Of a stretch of DNA of 56,610 nt, positions 1 to 10,100 are shown piece after piece. This DNA is from an uncultured virus (IMG/VR IMGVR_UViG_3300008952_000017) (Duplodnaviria; Heunggongvirae; Uroviricota; Caudoviricetes). Both the position numbers and the translations under genes were made by a program. Location: IMG/VR virus record IMGVR_UViG_3300008952_000017. One strand, 5' to 3'. Numbering within the stretch: position 1 is the first letter of the stretch; each line of letters begins with the position of its first letter. The notes below the pieces were generated by a model. The model had not been told where the DNA came from. It saw nothing but the letters and a program-made list of their open reading frames with translations, and made no database searches.

Positions 1-113
1 TTCCCAACCATCGTGGGGCCGTATATACCAATCCTTCTCGGTTTTAGGAAGTTGTATAATTCCTTGCCATACACTACAGCCCCCATTAGGATTGAGCCAC
101 TTAATCCTACCAT
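1..113 (-). CDS. 5' part of a P-loop NTPase, probably a small GTPase (runs off the window start)
   Basis: Not in the ORF track. Reading minus from ATG at 113 gives MVGLSGSILMGAVVYGKELYNFLKPRRIGIYGPTMVG(K): hydrophobic N-terminus, then a beta-strand and GxxxxGK. GGTG SD-like sequence just upstream. Confidence 0.6.
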   Translation of the reverse strand, partial: MVGLSGSILMGAVVYGKELYNFLKPRRIGIYGPTMVG

Positions 114-121
114 TCACACCA

Positions 122-376
122 TCACCCTCTTATGGAATCTATCCTTGCTTGACACCAGTCAATGAACCAATCCACCGTCCTGTCCCAAACACTCACCTCA
201 AATTCCATCTCAACCCAAGATGTGATGAATACAGCAGCGCCAGTAAATAGTAAGGTGCGGGCCCAACCCCAACCACGTTCGTAGTAGTTATCTAGAGTAT
301 TCTGCCAATGCAAAGCCTTCAATGTCGCTTCAGTTGCATCGTCACTTGGAGTATGAAATAGCCACCCCATAGTCAA
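122..376 (-). CDS. small membrane protein
   Basis: One hydrophobic segment (TLLFTGAAVFITSWV); overlaps the upstream gene by 4 nt. Confidence 0.6.
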   Translation of the reverse strand: MTMGWLFHTPSDDATEATLKALHWQNTLDNYYERGWGWARTLLFTGAAVFITSWVEMEFEVSVWDRTVDWFIDWCQARIDSIRG

Positions 377-963
377 CCCTTCTTGGCGAACTTACCGGTC
401 TTGTCACGAGCATCGTGCTTATTACTCTGACTCACCGCCGTCGTTACACCTAAGTCAATACCGCCACCGGTTTGAGCCCCATGGCTAGGGGGTGAGTTTG
501 ATAGGTCCATGCCCTGCACCAAATAATCAGCGGCTCCATGAATGTCTCCCTGTAACAACTCACTCTCCTTCTGATATTCCAACAATTGGAGTTGTCTCAT
601 GAATTGGGCCTCTTGGAGTCTCATCTCTACCTCCATTTGTTTGTTAGCCATCTGTTGTTGCATTCCCTGCATGCGCCGTGACCTCTCCCTATCCATGCGA
701 GCGAATGAAGCCTTGTGGTCTAAAGATTGCTGCATGAGTAATTTGTAGAGGACGAAAGACATCCCCTGTAAAGTAAAAGCGGCCATTGCGTAAGTGAAAG
801 CATTAGTTTGCACATCACCTGCGGACTTCAACCAAAGACCGGCATCAAATACGGCAATAGTCGCCCCCACTAGTATTGAAACAAAGGTAATGAGGCCTAA
901 GACTCTAATCTCATCGGCGTTTGTATCACTCGGCTGCATAGGGGGCATGTTAGACATAGACAT
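373..963 (-). CDS. membrane protein, 2 TM segments plus Gln/Met-rich coiled coil
   Basis: Hydrophobic stretches VLGLITFVSILVGATIAVF and AFTYAMAAFTLQGMSFVLY followed by a helical Q/M-rich region. Confidence 0.7.
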   Translation of the reverse strand: MSMSNMPPMQPSDTNADEIRVLGLITFVSILVGATIAVFDAGLWLKSAGDVQTNAFTYAMAAFTLQGMSFVLYKLLMQQSLDHKASFARMDRERSRRMQGMQQQMANKQMEVEMRLQEAQFMRQLQLLEYQKESELLQGDIHGAADYLVQGMDLSNSPPSHGAQTGGGIDLGVTTAVSQSNKHDARDKTGKFAKKG

Positions 964-1027
964 GTTATCTTCCTAAGCATCGCACGTATACCATACACAT
1001 ATACCTACTGCTCTCAGACTGACCGTG

Positions 1028-1107
1028 TTCTTGATTTTCTTCTCTTTTTCTTTATTGAGAACTAAAGTAATTATTGTTAGTGAATAGAATAAGAATATCA
1101 AGAATCA
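1028..1107. repeat. AT-rich dispersed element, copy 1 (copy 2 at ~14829-14900)
   Basis: 1066-1107 matches 14859-14900 at 36/42 nt. A 14-bp inverted repeat (1028-1041 vs 1091-1104, 13/14) brackets the AT-rich core. Confidence 0.75.
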
Positions 1108-4100
1108 TCAGCAGTTGGGTCCTCACCTAGTACGTTTGCGAGAAGATTACCGCCCTCGGGTATAGGTGACGGTTTAGGTGCTGACATGAATGCCGATAGA
1201 CTGTCTTCATCTATTGAGGCTTCCTGGGCTGCACCATGATAGTGATGGTCACGTTGCCATGATGACAACTTGCTACGCGCATCTTCCGCATGCTGGTCAC
1301 GGAGAGTGTGATAGAGGTCGGGTCTTATACCACAAGTTTGTCTTACTTGTGCATTAGGATTATCAGGGTGGGGCCAGTGAGTGATATCATTGCTGTCATC
1401 CCCTTCTGTAAATCTAGGCAATAGTGGTATTCTCACGTGAAGATGCCCCGACTGTAACCCACTCAACATATCCTGTGCAAATTGCTCACCGATAGTGGTA
1501 TTCTTATCAGGGTGATTGGCAGTTTGTGGAGGGATACCATTGACAGTCAAATCTCGGTCCGTCAACAACCCCTGCTTACCATAATTATCTCCCCCAGGCG
1601 TCTCAATCTCATGATTCCTGGCTGCTGATAGTCTACGCACATAGTCATGTAAAGACCTAATATGCATGTTAGTGACTTTCTCAGGGTCTTCCCAATGGGT
1701 GGTTAATTCGACTATATACTTGGCGCTTTTTCTCATCTCTTCACTGTGTTGCTCAGGATTCGCATTTATCTTCCTAGCCAAGTGTGCCACCCGCCTTCCC
1801 TTTGTAGATAGAGTCCATTTCGACTCCCCATCCACCAGCCTAAGGCCACCCAACTCCCCTGCATCATCAAGACTCGGGTCTAATCTCAACATGGAGTTTT
1901 GGAACCTTTCCCATTGGTGTGTGACTTCAGACTTCTCCTTTAACGCCTTGTTAATATCTCTGATAACATAGGCTACTTGGGATGCAGTGGTAAGGGAGGC
2001 ACCCTTCATGGGCTGGAAACCTAGTCCACTCAACCTAGAACCAAATCCAGGATGCAACACATGGATTCTGAAATTGGGGTCAAACATACGTTCAGCCTTA
2101 GCGTACAACCTTTTACCATTCTTGACATACTTCACTTCACCTTTCTTTGTCCTTTCAATCTCACCACCTGGACCTCTCGCCACTAATACCCCCTTCAAAG
2201 TTTGCAAGAATGCCTTAGAGTCAATCTCTGTTTTCTTGGTTTTATCATAGGGGTCTAATCTCACTAACTTACCACCAAACTTCAATACGTGATTTATTGG
2301 CTCATCCTTTATTCCAATCGACTCACCATCGTCACCACGAATGGGCATAGGTTTCAAACTAAGACCAGCGTGACACCCACAAGGCTCACCTGTGAGTTTA
2401 TTCTTCCCTGTATTCTGTTCCGTCTTTGAGTCATAACATTGGTCACATCGAATCAAAGCATGGTCTCTACCCCAATCCCTGTAATTCTCCATCCTCTCTC
2501 GTAGACGCTCTCTATGCTTCCCTTCGATTACATGTGTCGGGTCACCATAGATATCATGTGGTGGGGAACCACCGGCAAATAACAGACTCTTGAGAATAAC
2601 ATGGTCCTTCGGTGGCATATCGGATACATATCTCAGTTTACCAGTCTCTATGTTAGTGGTCCACTCACCATAGGAATGACCACACTCACAATTTGGTACC
2701 GTCTGTTTGTATTTGTCGTTCTGAGCATGGTATTTTTCACCCTCTTCGCTCTTATCGTCTTGACGAGATGGCGTCGGACTAAAGCACTCAGGGCAAAGCG
2801 AGTTCCCAGTAGGTAGTTTCCATTGACCACCATGTTTAGGATGTTGAGAAGCATCTCTCATCTCATCAATTCCAGTTAATTTAATCATAGGCATTCTATT
2901 GGCTACTCTACCATAATCCCATTTAGCCCTATCGAAGAAATGAATCCCTCTATTGTACGCATCCGCATTCTTCTCCTGAGGTTGCCAAAAGACTTCAGAG
3001 GCCAAGATAGAAGGATGAATCCTAGCGGCATTATCACCAACCCTGCTGCTTTCATGGCCCAACCCGAAATCAGCGGCTGTACCTCTCCTACCTCTACTGT
3101 CTTCGAAATAAGGCATGTAGTAATCTTCGTTACCGTGATTACCCTTGATTAGATGCATGCCTATGAAAGAAAGTCCTAGTCTACCAACCCCACTATTACT
3201 AAAGAACGCTCCATCTTCTTCATCAAACACCTTCCCTTGTAAGGCCTCTTCCAAGTCCCCTTGCTCTAGATTTGTATGTCCTATTATTTGGCGGAGGAGG
3301 TCATGGCCACCAAACACCCTAGCCTTCCCAAGGATAGGATTGTCACCCATGTGCAGTTTGTGTATCATCTCATGATGGTGGTTCTCGCAAAACCTACCGT
3401 AAGGGTTTCGGTATTCTCCTTCTCCAAACTTGCTGTGAGTAGCCATCAATGGTTCCTTGTGTGGGTGAACTCCCTCACCATTACAGTTAGCACACTCAAC
3501 ATCTCTATCTCCGTCTATTGGTAGCCACTCTCCTCTCTCTTCATCAAAGGATGTATTGGGTACCTTTTGTTTACCTGTCCCCTTACAACTACGACACTCA
3601 TCATCGTTATCCAATCCGGCGCCACAGAATGGATGCTCGCATCTCCCCTTTTTCCCTACTTTGAACTCGTCTCTATTGTGCACCACACCTGTTCTATGCA
3701 AAGCATCTTTATGTTCCTCAGTGAACCAACTAGGCCATATATCAGAAAAGTGATTTCTTCGGTCCTCATCGGCGTAAATCAACCTACGGATATCATCTAC
3801 CGTATGACCACTGGTTAACGTGTGACCAGTCCTCTTCTGATATTCATCTATGAGGGCAGATTCACCCCATTGGCTTATGTTTAGAGGGTCATGGTGAACC
3901 CACTCACTGAGTCTCCAGTCTTCCTCATTCTCGAAATCACCGTACTTGAATGGGTCGAGGATTGCCTCGAGATTAGCATTCCCCTCAATATCCTCTTCAC
4001 CATCAGGAGATTGGAACGTCTTACCAGCCAAAAGTTTCCTCGCCCTACTCCTTAACTCCTCAATACCGACCTTGAAACGGTCAGGGTAATGCCCCATTCC

Positions 4101-7100
4101 CATGTCACCCTTATCTCGATATTCCTCCGCAGTCTTCCCGTAGCCCCTTACTATCCTGTGTAACGTAGTGACTTCTCTTTTCGTTGCCTCGCTCAACCAC
4201 TTCTTGAAACCTTCATCAGTGCCAGTGTAACTACTAGGAGAAAGGGTCGGCCATTCACTAATTCCAGGCATTTTCCCTTCATAGAGACTCTTAGCCTTCG
4301 CCGTCAGAGAGCGGAGATAATGGTTTTCAGATTCCATCATCTTCTGAATAATGAAGCGTCTTACGTAAGCATCCATGTCCTTCTCATATTGCTCAGTGGT
4401 GCCAAATACCCCCTTCTGTCCATCATCAGTCTCCCATGGAATAGGTAGGTATGCAGACTCGAATGTTGGATTACCTTCGTCATCCAGTCTTGTATAACCA
4501 TCCGGTTTGTGCTCAATAAAACGCTCGAGGTCGAACCCTGCTCGCCTACCTGCTTGATGTTCAAATAATTGTGTCCAAACTGGTGTTCCACTCCCACTAT
4601 GCCATACACCATCGTCACCTATTTCATCACCCATACCTTTAGCGTGCATTATCGCATTGAGTAATCGTATGTTGTGGATAGTATCTCGTGCAGTCTTACT
4701 CAATTGCTGGCGCCCTCTCCCTTCTCCATCACAGCCATGGCAATGACCCGAACCCTCACAAATGACACATTGGGGCCCTGTACCACCTTGTTGACTACCC
4801 AACCAATTGATGTACTTACTACTGTAATTGCCATCTTCATTGAATATCTCCCAGTCACTCGGAACAAAACCATGGCTCTTCATTCTCTCGAAGAACTCAT
4901 GCCACCCATCCTTCCCTTCATGCCCATGGGATGTCTTCATGTGTTCGTGCACCCAGTCAATAGCATCGGGATGCCCCCACTTAATTTCGTGTGATTGATG
5001 CCCCCCTTCACCCAATGAAGAGAGTTTTCTCCCTCCTATGTGAGGGGTATATTCCTTCATCGCATCATCATTTTCTTGGTATGGGTTGAGAGTACTCCAC
5101 CAATATGCAGCGTCATTCATACCAGGCCAGTGAGCACCACGGCCCTTACAAGCAAGGCATCTCGTAGAAGTGCCCATGGTATTGGTGCCGACCTGAGCCC
5201 GCTTGATATTACCCTCCTTCATTCGCTGTCTACTCAACTCCTTATTCTCGGACCTAAGAAATATCTCGTTCCTCAATAGAAGCCAATTACTTACCATGTC
5301 TCGGTATCTGTCCGTTACTTCATGTATGTCCTCCATTGAGGGGAATCTGTGCCCCTCGAGCCAATCACCATTCTTTGTCTGGATAGGTCTGCCGTTAGTA
5401 ATAGCCCGCCACAGAAGGTCCGTGAGGGAAAGTTTCTCGCCTTCGTTTACCCCACTAGTGATTTCATAGAACCGATTACTGTCTATATCAGGCATTGATT
5501 TACCAGTTACCACCCATCCATCATTGAACTTCCCTAGTGTTTCATCATCATGTTGCCTCCATGCTTCTGCTAATGCCCCATTAAGGAGTTGGTGATGACG
5601 GGCACCCTGTATGAAGAAGTCCATACTCGGATTATTCTCATGCGGTTGTGTGTACCCAACATCGTCTGCATCATAAGCACTATCGTGCTGTCTCTCGAGT
5701 TTACTGAAAGCATGGTGTTTAAGCATCATCAAGATATTATCCAAGACATCCTCCTTGTGTAAGAAAGTCCCTTTCTTAGAATCGAATGAAAATATAGACC
5801 TAGGTAATATGTCTTCGTCTATCCCACTTGCATCTAACAATTGTTTCCTATCCTCACTGAAATTCAAATCACCCCACCGCTTGGCTAGATTCAGTAATGG
5901 CTGAAGTTTACCATAGCCCATATCCAAGGCCACCCTTTCATCATCTGCTAGGCCATATTCATTCTTACTCTTACCTAATATCTTTCTAGCCCACCCCCAC
6001 AAATCATCTTCCTTCTTGAAATACCATCTTCGAAAGTCCTCATCTGTCAACCCCTCCTCTCTCTTCCTTTCTATGAGTTCGGGTAAAGGTAAGCCCAAAG
6101 GGTTGCCATGCTTGTGTAGCATATAATTAGGCTCTAGTATATGCATGGCTAGTAAATTGGCAAGTGCATGCTCACCATGCTCATCTACCGGTAGATTCTC
6201 TATGGCATTTTGGAGTATTGCTATCTCATTACTCTGAGTGATAGGTGAATTGTGAGCCCAAAGAGTATCACCGTACCTCCTCCTACCACGGTAGCCAGGA
6301 CCATCCGCTGGGTTATGACCAGTAGGGCTTACCATTCTTGCATTGGCTATGGTAAGAGCACCGCGTGGTATTACCGCCCCCACTCCTAATGTGGAACCTG
6401 TCATAGTATGCATCTTAAGGGGGGTCTTGTATTCCCCCCGACCTTGGTAATTCTCCTGCATCCTACTCAATATGGGCTCGTATATATCTCTCACACGCTC
6501 CCACAGTAAATGCTCAGGTGATTTCCCAATAGACTGCTTAATATCAAAAACCATCTCCGAAAGGTCGGCAGAGTCCCCCCTCTTCTCTGCTTCAGGGCAT
6601 GCCGCAAACTCTGGGAATGGGGAACCCTCTTTGTGTTCCGCTATAGTATGAACATCACCATGCAATAAACCAAGTACCTTCAACTTGTTACAATAAGGGC
6701 AAGGCATATCATCATCTATCTTTACCCCCGTAGGGATAAGATAAGGCCCTTCCTCCCAGCCCTCTTTGAACTTAGGAATAATTGACTCGTCTTGGTGGTA
6801 TTGCATCAATGCCTCTCTGACACCTTCCCCAGTTAGTTCCCTCTCTAATTCCCTAATCTTCTCTTTAATTGCCTCAGGGGACAACTTCACCTGTAATCCT
6901 CCACCCTCTCTCCAGTCACCACTCTCATCCCTACCGTAGGACCGTGTCGGAGGTATCTCGCCCAAGTTACCATATCTCTCACTAGGGCCTAGTGCATCCA
7001 TCTGCTTCATTAAAAGCAAGATATGCCTATACTTCTCCTCATTAGCACCTATCTCATTCACTCCTGGCCTAATAGGGAGTGGTACTCTACTTGGGAATTG

Positions 7101-10100
7101 GCTCCAATCTGACATAAACCTAGAACTGGAACCACCAGCAACAGGTGCAGCCGTCACTAATTTACCACTTTGATTGTAATTCCCGCCCCTGAAAGTAGTC
7201 GTATGGTAAAGGTGCGCCCTCCCACCCCCACATGTCTCACAAGAAACACCTTGCGGGTTCAACCATCTATTCTGAGAATGGGGTGCTGCCCTCCCCAATT
7301 CCTTCTCAAGTAGCCCCTTACGGAACATATCCCCGATTTCATCCAAGGACCAAGTCCTTGTAATCCACGGTTGCCTCTTGAGCATTTTCTTAACACCTTC
7401 ACTACCAGTCCCAGCACAACCCGTATTTGTTAGTGGGTCCCAACAACGCATGCTCTTAGTGGGCATACCACCCACATCCAATTCATGACCGGACCCCCCA
7501 CAACGTGTACAATGAGTAGAATTATCTTCAGGGTCATACTTTTGCATAGTCCCATCATCTACTAACATATTCCGTCCATCAAAGTCAGGATTATGGGCAT
7601 GGGTGAGATGTGACATAACACGATTAAACTCCTTATCAGGGAGTGTTTCGGCATTATTATCATTGAAAGGGAGATTGGCTGCCATCAAACCGAATAAGGT
7701 ATCCATAAAACCAGCATCAACTGCGTTCTCAGGAGATAAGCCATCAATAATGCGCTTACTCACTCCTTCTACTCCATCAGAAATACGACTAAAGATATCT
7801 CTGTAATACTCTCTCAAGAAGTCCTTGACAAACTCCACTCTCCGTTCCTTGCTATCTTGAGGTGATTCATTCAATGCCCTGACAGCCAGTGCCCTTGCCT
7901 TACTGATACCCTTAGCACTCAATGGCCCTTTCTCGGTATGCAATGCAGGCCATGAGGTGATAGGATGTATCTCGTATGGAGTAGTCATTTTATCAGGTGG
8001 TATGAATCCTTTGCGTAATGACTCATCAGCAGCACCCTGCTCTTCTGAAACGTGAGTAGAAAGCAGTCTATCCCTCACTCTAAGGTTACTCGCATGCAGA
8101 GCCTCAACATCCTCTTTATCGAAAGTCGCCTCACGTGGGAACCCCCAGCCCCTATGGCTATAGAAACTGCCCATATCAGGTACCATTCTCAGGTTCTCCT
8201 TTGAACGAAGTTCTGTGAATGGCGCACAAGTAGAGCACTGACGTAAATTCCCAAAATCAGTCTCCGTTTCACCATGCCCCTTACATGTAGGGCAAATCTG
8301 CAGCAATCCCATTTCTATTGCATTCTTCTTATCAGCAATATCAGCCTTGTGCAATAAACCGCCGCTGTAATTTGGGTCTTTGTTTAACTTTGGGTCATTA
8401 TATTGCTGCATCGCTGGATGTCTCTCGCCGTTTTCATCAGTGACCCAACCAACAAGTTCCCCCACAAGACTTTCGACGAACTTCCTATTCGCGTCAGTAT
8501 CCTTTTGCGCTGTATGTTGCGGCTTACGCATACCTGCCCGTCCAGCCTCATCGTCCCACCCATGACAAGCATGTGGTGCATCACGACAGTTCATCCATGG
8601 GTGTTCCCTATCATTGCCTTCTTCATCACAATACTCGCATTTCTTAGCCCCCGACATGCCCTTGTATTGCTCTATGAACTGTCTTTTCTCTGCGGCTGTC
8701 TTGCGTTTTATGTGAGTAGCCCTTTGACCCCCACCTTTACGCTTCTCTGCTTCAATCTCATCCCAATGAGTATCCCCATGGAGCCTAGCAAAATCGTCAC
8801 TAGCAATGATTTCGGAATAGTCCTTGACTCGACCGTTTATGGTTAGTAGCAACTCTGAGAGTCGTCTCATCCTCCGAAAATTCCTCCTCTCTCTTCGAGT
8901 ACCCTCACTCAAGGAACTATAGCGAGTGACAGCGTTCAATGCTTGTCTTGGGCTCATTCTACCACCACCAATGTTACGTGTTAACCAGTCCTCAGTAGAA
9001 TAATCTAAGTCCAACCTTTTGGCTCTATTGTTACCACTCATTCCGTTCATTATATTGTGCATCCAGTTAATGAGATGCTTCTTAGTAGTAGGTAACCCTT
9101 CTTGTTCATGTCCTCCCTCTTTAACGGCCCGTGTCATAAGGTCACCCACATCATTATCCCTGTACTCACCGACGGACCAATTCATGTCAACTGGAATTAT
9201 CCCCTTGAGAGATTTCTCCCACTCATCTAGAGCGACATTACCCTTGGGAGTTCTCACTAACATCTCTCCTGTGTCGGGATGCTCGAATGTGGATGCTGGC
9301 TCCTGACTAAGATATTCCTCAACATCCTCAACAGAGTCCTTGGGGTCAAGAGCATACATCTCATCATTCCGACGATTACTTGCGCTCTCCTTGTGCACAT
9401 GCTTGGCAAATTGACTCATAGCATCACCAGGGAGTTTACTAGGTCCAGCGCCCCCACTCGCACGTGACTCGCGCCGCATCCCTTTCTTGATGAGTATCCC
9501 AAGTAAAGGGCCGTTTACCACGTTGAGACCGAGTAGGATTTTCTTCTCTTCACTATTCAGTTGCTCCCAAGTGTACTTAATCCGGTCCATGCGACCCTGC
9601 TGTTGTTCTGTAGCGGCGTCTGACACAGTACCATAGGCATATTGTTGATGGTTGACTCTCTCAGTGATAATATGGGCAATGGTAGTTAGAGCACCGAAAG
9701 CACTCTCATTCTCCCTTTCGTCAAATCTTTCACCCTCTCCCTCACTGAAGACTGGGGAGAATGACTCTAAGTGACTCCTCGCCTCATGGAACAACGGGCT
9801 CTGTTGTGCCTTACTCACCCCTTCATTCCAAAACCTCCTAAAGAGAGCATCTTGGACCATTACCCTAGTTGTAGAACGTTCAGCCAGTTTCGTGATTTCA
9901 TCATCTGTCTTACCTTGTTGATGACGGCGATTTACAGTACGTAGTCTCTTCAGTTCACGCTGTACTTGACTCCTCCATTTAGGTGTCCCCTTCACACGCT
10001 CTTCGTAATTTAACATCTCCCTTTCTATCTCAGGGTTGTTAAAGCCCCCCTTCCGATTCGAGAAGCCGTCAGCCATTTCATATGCATATGCATGTGCCAA

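Noticed and set aside
7570..7600. NPDFDGRN in the giant protein resembles the RNA polymerase NADFDGD motif
   Set aside because: The third catalytic Asp is Arg and no other double-psi-barrel motifs were recognised.
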